A stretch of 64,000 nt of DNA from the NCBI GenBank assembly GCA_040954595.2, contig CM082584.2, positions 8,881,146-8,945,145 of the forward strand, given 5' to 3'. Of this stretch, positions 12,560 to 39,430 are shown piece by piece; the first letter of the stretch is position 1; each line of letters starts with the position of its first letter. Below the pieces are notes generated by a model, which was not told where the DNA came from, did not search any database, and was given only the letters and a program-made list of their open reading frames with translations. The translations under genes and the position numbers were made by a program. The stretch is from Balanoglossus misakiensis (lineage: Eukaryota > Animalia > Hemichordata).

Positions 12560-15500
12560 ACGACTTAACTAGCCTATTGCTTTATTTGTAAGCTAGTTGC
12601 ACAAGGCATTGCAGCATACAATAATACATTCAGTCTTAGCCTACCTACTAATAAAGCATACTTACAAAAAAATTATGAAATTGACTTATCAATTACAGTA
12701 TGAATTTAACAAGCTATCATTAATACTCTTAAAGCCGATAAATTTTTTGGTGGCCCCAAGTCTCTTTTATACATACACATATAAGTTAACAAAAATAATA
12801 TCACATTTTTACAAAAGAGGGAAGAAAAATAAAACATACAAAAGGTTCTTCTTTTTTGTACAGACCAGCTGAAAATTTACAAGAAGCCAGTTGTCACAAC
12901 AACTGTAAACATACAAAAGGAAGATATTTTTTGAGAGTTGTTCCGAGTATGGAGAGTTCAACACGTTGGGCAGAAAGGCAGACATATACACTCATGATGC
13001 ATACATACATATGTACACGCGCATACATACAGACACAAACTGGGATTAATTAAAGGCTGCATAGGAGAAGGAGGTTAAGTTTTTCATTCCCATAATGCAT
13101 TTCTATTTCCTCTTAATCCAAGTGGTCTTTCACAGACAGACGAGCCCACCTTCATTTTAAGTGGACGAGTCTGTTGCACAGAATTATCTAATGCCAAACT
13201 TTTATCTGCAAATTTTCGACTGCCCAATCATTTCTGTTACTGCCGGCCAGCTATGCCCACAGCATCAGAATGGTGGAGCTACTCAAAGCTGCAGATCTGC
13301 CATGTTTTCTGAGAAAACTATGAAGTTGACAAAACCACCACACCGAAGCTTACTTTCCATCTCAATAAAACTTTGAACCAGAAACAGTGATACGTTCTAA
13401 GATTCTCCTGCATAATACAAAAAGGATACTCTGCATATAAGTACTAAACATGGAAGACAGACAAGAAATAAAGAGACTCTTCCCTAACAAGTTAACATTG
13501 CACTGTGAATATCTGTGATCGGAAATGCCTACACATTATAACATGGTTGAACTGAAGGACTCGCGCTAGCTATACGTACAAAAATCTATAACCTACTTTA
13601 TCTAATTAAATCCACATTATACACTATTTACAATTTTTTTTTATTACACTTACACTAACAACATATAAATTATTTTTTTTTCTCCAAACTGTTTTATAAA
13701 TACTAAACTTCATATACATGTATCTTATTGCAAGGAATGTTAATTTAAACTTCTGCGCGTTAAAAAAATCAACATTTCTTTCTTTTGTTTTTTTCTCTAA
13801 ATAGTCTAACACAAAATATATTTATGTCTATGGATTAATAGCTACAAGCAGAAATGACAGTTATTGCCACTGAGTTAGTGAATTTATATACTGATGAAAA
13901 ATTTGATAAAACTTACAAAATAAGGACTCAAGAAAATTATTCAATGGCAGTCATGTACAAAAAAAAGAAAACGAATTAAGGAAATTGTGATCACATGCAA
14001 AACTAGGCTTGAGATGGAAAAAAAGCATCTGATTGGGCCAAGGCTCTGTCCAGCAGAGATTAGGCTCAATGTGGTGACCTTTAACCTCGTGAAATGCATT
14101 ATGGGTGGTTGAGGTTTTAACCAATCAGAACCAATCTCATTTTTAAAGTTATAACACAAGCAAGAGGATGAAGCAACCTACAAGTGACAGGTCACTTCAT
14201 TTGCATAATTATGACAAACTAATCCTTGGAAAATGGTTTGTTCCACTTTTTTCTGCAGGGGTGGTTAGTTTTTACAGAGGATTGCATGCAAGAACAAGTA
14301 CCACTCAATGTCATTCCTAAATAAGGTACAGCTATGATTGGGTCTAAAACCATAATACTCTAGTCAGGAACTTTTTGATACTACCATAATTATTTTTTTG
14401 CTTCTGCATAAATCATGTTTGTAATTTGCAATCAAAGGGTAATTACCAACTATTGTTTGAAAGGAACAGAATGTCTAAATTAGGTAGTACTGTAGATTAG
14501 TCAAAACATTTATTGCAAGTTGTGAGTGAAATAATTGGCAGTTTCTTTTTTTGATTGAAGGAAGCGTAACAGAAATTTAGTTGAAATCAAATATCTCTTT
14601 GGCAGAAGTGCAAGTTTGTAGGCATAAAACGAAAAGACAGCGTTAGTTATTTTTTGGACAAACATGACTTTTTCCATCGCTGGGGGATGTCAGACATCAG
14701 AACCCTGTGATCAATGGACAAGCAACTTACAGTCTGGCTGATTTTTCAAGGATTAGATTTTTTGCTAAGATCAATGGGAGAGTTGCACGATCAAACGCAA
14801 TGGCACACGCCAAGTGTCTCTCTTGTAGGAGTGATGTTGGCATGGCGATCACACGATTAATGGTTGCGAGTCACATGATCACTTGTTCTGAGGCTCCGAC
14901 GATGCTTTCCCAGCAGCAGAATAGAAATCATTCAAGCTCTGCCCTCAACCAGCAACTTGACTTCACAGTCGGAAACTTAGACTGTGGAAGCTGCCTCACA
15001 TGCAATTGCACATGCACGCAAACACACACACACACACACACACACGCACAGATATACACATTCACCAAGCATTCGTAATACAATCTCGTGGACAGGTAGA
15101 CGCGAGACAACCTTGTTGACGAGGACGCAAGATCCATGGGGCGAGAATATATCGTACCAACATATACAGACAAGACGTGAAGACAAATCCGAACCACCAA
15201 TCGGTTTGTACCATGATCACTAGTTTGTTTTCCCCCTACCCGCTTTCATCTTACATCTACAGTTCTCTCTCTAAACTTGGATGGAAATCCTTTTGTAAAC
15301 ATGCAAAATATGACTTACTTTTTTATAAACATTAATACTTAACCTTAAAGAGTCGTCAAAACTAAATGGTACATCGCAAGTAAATGGAACGATAATTACA
15401 CGAACTTATCTTACGTAATAAATCAAAAAGTCTACTGAGGAAAAAAAATAGAATGAGTACATTTGTAAACTAAGGAATAACCAGGAAGGAGTTGCCTTCT

Positions 15501-17785
15501 GTATTGAGAATTATACTTAAGCCACTATTCCCAACAAATAATATACAAGTACATGGACTTAATGCTAACTAGAGTACTATACTTGAACTACTTATCATAA
15601 CATCAGTTACTTACTCAAAGCACAATTCTTATCGCTATTGTTGGTACCCCTTGCTTAGTATCATGTCCTGGCCCTTCAGTCCCCATGGCTCCCTCCCCCC
15701 TCCCAACTAAACCTGCATCCCCCGCCCCATCTTTTCCCCCGACCCGGAAAAATAAAGAGCAACGTCTATCATCTGACCCTTGACCTCGTGCACCCTTTTT
15801 AAAATGTTACTCCAAACTGTAAAATATTTACCTTAGCAACACTGATTTCGACAAACAGTGCCATTTGATTATCTATGTTTCTCTCATTCATTATCTGCTT
15901 AGCAAACGTATTCTGAAACGACTATCTATTTTTCCGTTCTCCATTCAGACTTATTTGTTAAATTCTTGTGGTTACTTTTACACACATCAGTGAAGACTAC
16001 TTAGATGGTGAATTACATTTTGGAATGTTAGGAGCAAGGCCCACTACTGAAACACGTGTAAGTTCACATCATTCAGATTGAAAATACAGCTTCATGCAGA
16101 AAGAAAACTTTTTTAAATATGTCTGAAAAAATATGTGCGTCCCAGATACTTCCTCCATGCAACTGATACACTTCACACACGTATACAAGGAAAAATAATC
16201 TCTCTCATGCTCTATCCCACTTAAACATCACACACATTCACGGTATAAAGCCTGTACAAAATAATTCATGTTGCAGTTGATTAAATGAGGGGGTTTCACT
16301 GATTGTTCTATACATTGTAACAAGGTGCAGTTTGTTTCTCGGTTGTTGTTTCTTTCCTCCTCACATGGAAAATGTAGTTGGACCAAACACTTCCTAGCGA
16401 TACTGTTTAAACACAGTTACCGGGAGTTAAATGGTAGGTAAGTGAGTATTGTCCTGTGATCCTCAGTCGTGTGAATTTCAAATATTTTGAAAATTGACCC
16501 AGTTTGCTGGAAGGAAAAAATAAACAACCGATCCAACCCAAACCACACCATATCTCAGCTATCTCGTACGCATCCACATAGCTACATTAACAGTGTAATC
16601 TCAAAATTGTCATTTGTTGGCCTTCAGGACAAAATAGCAACAAAAATAGTAACAACTACATCAACCTGTAATTGTATTATAAACTTAAGTAGGTATAAAC
16701 TCTGAACAAAAAATATAATTAAGAGTGGTCTACGACCACAAAAATGGCACCATTATCTCTTACTCTTGTAAATGAAATGAAAAAATCTTTTTTTTTATGT
16801 TTGGTTCTCTTACAAGTAATGCTTATTCTTTTTTTCCTTTAAAAATAAAAAAAATCATAACACGATCAATGTACTTTATAATTTTGTTACCTGTGTATTG
16901 TAATTAATGGGATGATGATTCCCAGCGTAATAGTATGGCTACCCTGCATGTACTTGTATTCCCATTGGTTAAATTTTTTTTCGCTCCCTGTATCATATCT
17001 GTTTATACAAAAAAAACTTTAACCCGTTTTTTCTATTCCTCTTACCCCAGCATAGTAAAATTCCACTAAACAGCCATCAGATTCCCCCACAAGCTCAAAC
17101 TATCTCTAAACAAAACCCCCAAGTCACGGACTCTACACATACAGTGATTACATTTTTTTTTCATTAAACCCTTTTTAGTTGTGATCTTGCGAAGAGAAAA
17201 AGATGTATTTTATACCAAGAACATCACAGACTTTTTAAAGATTTTTTTTTGTAATTTTTTTTCGTACAATGACATGACTTGTTACTTCCTTAGATCTGGG
17301 ACAAGGGGAGTTACTGGAGCAAAAGACAGTGACATGCATATATCTTTTGGGATTCCAGTAGTGTTGGCATGCAAGATAAGTGGAACTTCCAACGCTCTCT
17401 CTCTCTTCTTCTCTCTCTAGCTGCTCTGTCCAAAGTCTTACACTGCAAACCATCAAATAAAATATGCAAAAAAAAAAATATGTCAAAGCCGATACAACAT
17501 AGTCCACATATACTACAACATAATAAAAAATTTAACGGAATAAAAGTTATGTAAAAACGAGCCTCAGTAAGACACAGAAAATCGAGTGGAGAAAAATAAG
17601 GCTAAGAATACTTTGATGAATGGAAGGTGAAAGTGGCAGGTTTTTTTTTGCAAATAGTAAATTTGATGGAAACCCTCAGATATTCGTTTGAGAAACGATG
17701 AACAGTCTAGCAATTCAAGAACAACTCAGTTTCTGTCTCACCTCTGCAGTGAGCTTCCTTAGCTGCATACGTCCTGTGTCCCTTA
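12560..17785 (-). other. Probable long 3' UTR of transportin, with a likely UTR intron (17770-16507) and tandem poly(A) signals
   Basis: U-rich on the minus strand; minus-strand AATAAA near 14509, 13640 and 12581; donor GAC|GTATGC 15 nt after the stop; acceptor TTTATTTTTTCCTTCCAG ending at 16507. The true 3' end is unknown. Confidence 0.45.
15021..15045. repeat. (CA)n microsatellite, reads (UG)n in the transportin transcript
   Basis: Read directly. Confidence 0.9.
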
Positions 17786-33221
<15,436 letters not shown>

Positions 33222-33755
33222 CTTGGTCTCACCTCTCTAAAGCCGATAGCGGGAATAACCGATCGGTTCCGAAGATAGTCGAAGTATGTGACGTCCAGTG
33301 GTTATGAAAAGCGAGCGGTGTTCTCTTTGTCTTGAAAATAATATGGGCAGCACCTCACACACCTTGAGACAATAGGTAGAACTGTTTTGAAAACCTGTGA
33401 GGGGATCGCCGAAGACAACTGTAACTCGGCTACTGATTTTGAGAACTTCCGGTTACTAATCAACTATCACATAATCACTTTGAAACACACTCTCTCATTG
33501 GAGGGTTTATAGCTGACTGGAGCTGCAACAATCAAATTGTAGACAGAATAAATTGACCAATTTATTAAACTTTTGAGTATGGTATATAAAACCCACAAAG
33601 TTAGTGTTTATTTGAAAAATACAGCAATCATCTAAAGCATCAGACCCACAATAAAACGCGTCGACTGGAATATCAACATACATACACATTTCCCCTGTCG
33701 ACCATTCACAACCAGTGATACTTGAACGACGAGCATATATCAAAACTATATCAAA
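33222..33755. promoter_or_regulatory. Bidirectional promoter between transportin and FBXW9
   Basis: 534 bp between divergent ATGs; ETS/GABP-type ACTTCCGG (33445-33452); CRE-like TGACGTC near 33289; YY1-like motifs overlap both start codons. Confidence 0.75.
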
Positions 33756-36700
33756 ATGGCCGCGGTGAGTTCAAAAAATTTAATACTTCCCCAACTCATT
33801 AACGATCGCAGGGTTTATGTTTAGTTTAACCCATATCTGTGCGAGTAGGAGAGTTATGCGTCTGCTTTAATTCAACGACTACAATATGAAATATTGTTTT
33901 AGATTCTTTAGGCATTGTATCATGCCAGATTGTCCTGTGTGATGGCGTCCTTTCATTATTTCATACATTGTGAGTCAGCTCCCAAAATATTCAATCGTCA
34001 TGCCGGTGATTGGAGGGCACCTGTTTGCATTGTCTCGTCTGCTCGAGTGAGGTCATATTCTATATTGAGAAATTTCGGCTGCGATTTCCCGACCTGCTTC
34101 GGGGATAAGTCTTAGCATTCCAGAGTCATCACCACCTGTGCAGTATACACACCTGGGAAAACACTGTGGTTTGATGCACTATTTGTGATTTGAAAAATCT
34201 GTCACAGTCAGTAAGTTTTCAGTCCATTGTTTGCTTTCTTATAGATGTAGAGCAGCAATGTAACAGCCAGCAAATGTAAACAAGCAAGCTAACAAACAAA
34301 CAAACAAACATACAAAAATGTATGTTTCAATATCCCTGGCCATATATGTCAATTTCATATCAATGTCTCATTAACATGCATAGGTGTACACATGTATTCA
34401 TGTTTTAATGTGTCTTTTTTCTGCAGGATAAAACAGAGGATCTGGAAAGTGACAAGATGAAACCACCACAGGGTAGTGAAACCAATCCAGATAGTGACAT
34501 CTTAGATGAATCAACCACATCTTTCACATCCATTGCCTCGTGTAGTGGCTATGAGACAGCGGACACTAATCAAGATTTAGGAGACAGTTTTGACGGTTGT
34601 CACACTGGCCATTTACATATATTGTTTCTTCCTCCTGAAATACTTCACAAGATCAGTGCTTACCTAGATGCCCGCTTTGTGTTGCACACTCTGAGGCTTG
34701 TCTGTAAACAGTTCCGGGAGTTGTTCTCCCAGGACAGCACCTGGAAAATCAGGATAGGGAAGAGATGGCCAAAACGGTATCCGGTCATTCCAGGTAGGTT
34801 GGGAGAGCAGAACATGTTCCCAAAGGACTGAATTTGGTCCACAAGCTGAACCAGTTTAAATAATCTTTTTTTTAACAAAGTGAAGTTATGGGAAATTAGA
34901 TTACATCAAACTGTCATTGATTACACTCATGCTGCTGTGTTTGTTACGTGTAACTCAAAATGTCTTCAATTTTTCTCTTGGTAGTTGATGATGATAAATT
35001 CAACTGGGCGAAAGCTTGCATTGAGAGAGAAGAGGCCTACCGTTTGTGGTCAGATCACAAAACGCACACAGAAGATTTCAGTCTGACTTTAGGACATTTT
35101 GCTGCCATAGATAGTGTACATCTCATGCAGGTATGATTTTCTGTTTGAGGTGTCTTAAGATTTCCTTGATAACTGGGCTAAATTTAGTTTTGTTTTTTCT
35201 TCAAAATTGTCAATACAAAAGACCCTGTTGTTATACCGATCTGATAGTCAAGTGATTCTGTTGTCGTTTTTCAGGGTGGAGATATCTGTCTTTCAGGAGC
35301 CAGAGACAGAACTATCAGTATTTGGGACTTACGGAACCTGGACAGCTGGAGTCCTAACCAGTCAACTAGTAAAGTCAAAGTGAAGTCACTTGACAAGCAC
35401 ACTGTGAGTGAAAGATTGTTGTGTGCTTTCACGTGTGAGATTACCTAAAAAAATCCATTGCAATGAGACGATTAAAAGCTCTGTTAAAATAGATTTATTT
35501 ATTATTTTCAAACTTTAAGAGTTTAACAGTTTACACATTTGATTAATTGACAGGGATGGGTGTGGTCCATGACATCACTGGATAACGTGCTGTGCTCGGC
35601 AGCATGGGATTGCAAAGTGAAATTATGGGATATGAATGCTGGCGGAGCAGAGCTTTTGAGTTTGAAGTAAGGATTTAATGCGTTAACAGTTTTCTGCCAG
35701 TTACATTTGTCACTGAATTTAAAAGCGAACTGAAACGTTCATATTTGAGATGCTATGTAAGGAGACAGTAGAAATGATATATGCACATTCATTTGATAAT
35801 TTCAGGGGCAAATCTGCGAATCTTTGCCTGGCATATAATCAAGATTCTCTGGTTGTCGGTTCGTATGACAAAAAGATTACTGTGTACGATCCCAGAGGTG
35901 AGTTTTAGACTCAAGTGAGGACATATGGTTTGCAAATTGTTTTGTTTCCAGAATGGAATGGTATGGCGATCGCTGGACATTGCACTGGTACATTCTGGAA
36001 TTCCTCAGTGATCAAGCTGATCTCAAAACAGAAACGTTTTCCATTCTTCACCCACACAGTTAATGAACTGTTTTATATCGTACTAAGTCATGTATCTGTT
36101 GTAACTTGCTAGCGGGACACGTAACCATACAGTCACTGAGACATCACAAGAAAGCAGTGCTGTGTCTGGTGGCTGATGAGAACTACATCATATCAGGCAG
36201 CGAGGACTATACAGTGGTTGTCTATGACAGAAGAGCGGGAGAAGTCTTTAAAAGGATCGAGGTAAGATCTGCACTGACAACTTGTCATTTGGTGTGTGAT
36301 ATGCTGCACTTGACAGTACCAGTAATTTTGTGATTCCTGACTGAGAAGTGCTGTATGTTGTCCTTACTGTAATCATGTGATTTGTCTGGTGTCAGAACTA
36401 ACAGCTTCCTCTTCGCTGCATTTCAGCTGGAGAAGAATAAATTCCCAATGTCCATGTCATACAGCAGCTGGGATGGACAGCTTTGGATTGGTGAAAAGAG
36501 AGGGTTGCTCTACCTGATGGATGCCAGGCATGGAAACTTTGACATAGTTCAGGTAGGATTCTCTTCTCAGTCGGTATACAGTACACCATACAGGCCAGAA
36601 AGTATGGAGACATATCGTTTTGGACATGGCCAGTCGATGGATGGACATGGTCTGTTGATGGAGAGCATGCACGTTTAACTTGCCATGGTTTGTGTTGTCA

Positions 36701-37396
36701 TTACAGACGTATGATGTAGGCCATACAGGAAAACTGACAGGTGTCTTGCATAACATGGGAAGCCTTGTGACGTGCAGCTATGATAAAACGGTCAAGGTAT
36801 GTAGAAATAAATACTGTTATAACGTCAGATTGTGGAATTTTGTACATCAGGAACCAGAACTCAGATCAGGCACTTGAAAGTCTTGTTATCGGAAATCTCT
36901 AATGCCCATTTTGATGTATTTTTTTTTGCAGATTCATGAACCCAACGCTGATCCTGGTAACATAAGTACGTTTGCTGTCCACGATTCTGAGGTTGCAGAC
37001 ATCCACCTGCTGAACAATGTGTTGGCCAGTGGTTCCAGCGACATGACTGTTCACATCTGGAGACCCAAGACTGTCGTTGACACGGACGAAGCAGAGTCGG
37101 AGAGTACTCTACAGAAAGGAATGTCAAATGAACAAATCGACGGCGACACGGAGGCCGAGGTTGCTATTGGAGGAGAGGAGGTCTTGGATGTTGCTGGGGA
37201 GGATGCTATTGGTCGAGAAGAGGTCAATATTGCAGGGAACGATGTGATTGGCCGAGGAGAGGTCAGTGGTGAAGGAGGTGCTGCTGCTATTGGTGGAGAA
37301 GAGGTCAATATGCAAATAGAGGCTGTTGGTGGAGAAGTCAGTACTGAGGGCAATCGTGTCATTGGTGGCTTGAAGGACACTACAGATAATGAATAA
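33756..37396 (+). CDS. FBXW9: F-box/WD40-repeat protein 9-like, 10 coding exons, 561 aa
   Basis: Exons: 33756-33764, 34427-34793, 34985-35130, 35275-35403, 35554-35666, 35806-35897, 36113-36261, 36427-36552, 36707-36796, 36932-37396. Total 1686 nt, phases consistent. F-box [28 protein letters not shown] followed by WKIRI..RW...YPV; WD repeats [68 protein letters not shown]. The first exon is inferred. Confidence 0.9.
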
Positions 37397-37418
37397 TGGT
37401 GCTATTGATAGAGAGAGA
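37163..37418 (+). repeat. Degenerate 36-43 bp coding minisatellite (AIGxEEV units) in the FBXW9 tail
   Basis: GCTATTGGTGGAGAAGAGGTC-like units start at 37163, 37205, 37244, 37286, 37322, 37358 and 37401. Confidence 0.8.
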
Positions 37419-38378
37419 ATGAGGGAAGTTATTGAAACAGGTGACAGAAGTGTTGACATAGGTAAATTTGTCGGTCAGCAGTGACCTGTTGTTAGCAACC
37501 TGTTTTGTTTTTATTAACTCAAGGTTTAGAGCACATAAATGTGATTGCAACACTGTCTTGATGCCAAGTGTTTGGCAAAAGATTAGATATCCATTTAATT
37601 TTAGACTGTAATACCCATTATTAACTTTCAGTGAACAAATTATCATGTTTTATTGTGTTTTATTTGTAAATTCTTGGAATTTAAAACTGCCGAATTTTTT
37701 GCACAAAAAATGCAGTGTACTCATTGGGTGAATCCAGTGGATGATAGTCATAGCGCCCCCATAGTTGGAAACACAAGAATCTTTTTTCTAGACTTTAATG
37801 TTTATGCAAAGCCTTCTAAAATCAAAATTTACAAGTACTTGTGGAGAGTTGAAAAAATGTAATGTCTAGCTGAACAAAATTGGGCATTAACATGAACCTC
37901 TACAGTAACTCATTCTGCAGGTAATATAATCCCTCAGCCAGTAAGTGCACACACAATATAAAGTAATCCTCAGGCGGCTTGAGTGAAAGCTTACAACTTG
38001 TCTTTGTGACTTGTTTGACATTTACATCTGATGTGTTCTATATTTTGTCCATTTTCCTGACTTTGATATTTTTGTGAAGACTTTTGCTTCATCTGAGAGG
38101 CTTTAAATCCTATCACCATCATGGTTTGGTCCAAATCTACTGTATTCCATGGGAAAGTTGGACCTCTGCAAAGGAAGACAGGGTGAAAGAGTTGAAGTGT
38201 AAATCAATTGTTTGTATTGTCAGTCAAGCTCATCCAAAGACATTGAGGATCATAATAAACATATCTGATTAATGTCTGTAATGCTGATTTGCTTCCAAGA
38301 AAACAGTGTGTATACCTAATGCATGAAGAAATTGCAAGAGCAGACCATTGTGTTTGTGTGCAGATTTTATTTACACTT

Positions 38379-38437
38379 AATAAACAAGAAATAAAAGTAT
38401 TTAATATCAATAATATGAGCTGTGTTGTTGTCTTTTT
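38379..38437 (+). terminator. FBXW9 polyadenylation signal
   Basis: AATAAA at 38379 and 38390 followed by GU/U-rich TGTGTTGTTGTCTTTTT at 38421. Confidence 0.6.
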
Positions 38438-38639
38438 CCGTCGGTTTTAGTCTGGAAGGTTTGTGTATGGTAAATAGTAGTGGTATTTTCACATTTTGTC
38501 AGTTTATCTGGTTTTCTCTGAAGTTCAAAGCGACCATGAAGTTCACTGAGTCAACATTGAAAAATGTCTCTTGCAAATTATTAACTACCGCCCCCACACT
38601 CTGTTGAATGCACTGGTAGATCATGTAGATTTCAAGCAA

Positions 38640-39430
38640 AACACGGAAGTAGGCCAGTCATGCGTACTGTATAAGTACTACTATACACTATGCAGCTCCG
38701 CCATTTTTGAATGACAATCGTGTGTGTATCGGCTTTGTGCTCTACAAACTTTTTTTCGCACAGATCATCGCCGTTAGCTCACATGCGATCGACTACGTTT
38801 ATCTGAAAGCCATATATAATAGAAATTGTGTGAGGTAAGTGTCGATTTGATTGTATGGTTACTCTACCAGGGATCGTTTCGATCATTGATCCGGCGCGAC
38901 GCTTATGTTGTCTGTTTCACCGGTGAGCGCACGAGTACGCGTATCGACGCTACTCGGCGGAGACTTGGTACATTGTGTAAACTTCGCTCACATGCCGTTC
39001 AGCTCTTTGGCCATAACTTTGAAATAACACGAGCAATTTGCAGAATCATGGGGGAATTTTGGGGGCAGAAAGAAATGAATTAGCAAATTTCTCGTGATAT
39101 TTCTCTCCCCGGCCGCGCGCGCGCGCGTACTTGCGTCCAATATTTGTTTACCTTTTGCCGGGCACGTTGAAGACGTTCGCAAGCGTTGAGTAATGAAAAA
39201 TTGACACCTTTCATTGTGTGAAATGGTTCATTGTTGCCTGATTCACACTTCCTCAAGTTCAATTGAACTTCAGGAATGTTGTGCAGCTGCGCGAAGGACG
39301 CGGAGAGATGGACTCCCCGGGAGCATGGACCATAAGACCGGACGTACATGTACCACTTAGCTGCGGTATAACTGCATGAAATGGACATCTTGTGTACATC
39401 CATGCCGGGAGCGCATATTCGGAGATCGAG
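38640..39430 (+). promoter_or_regulatory. CpG-rich promoter with a probable non-coding first exon (ends 38834) of an unidentified gene
   Basis: ETS motif CGGAAGT near 38644, YY1-like CGCCATTTT near 38699, perfect donor GAG|GTAAGT at 38834/38835, CpG-rich downstream sequence including (CG)7. Confidence 0.65.

Noticed and set aside
37163-37418. Repeat-spacer-like pattern as a CRISPR array
   Set aside because: Units are degenerate, lie in frame within a spliced eukaryotic exon, and no cas genes are present.
37051-37459. Ser/Pro/Thr-rich minus-strand ORFs
   Set aside because: Antisense shadows of the FBXW9 repeat exon.
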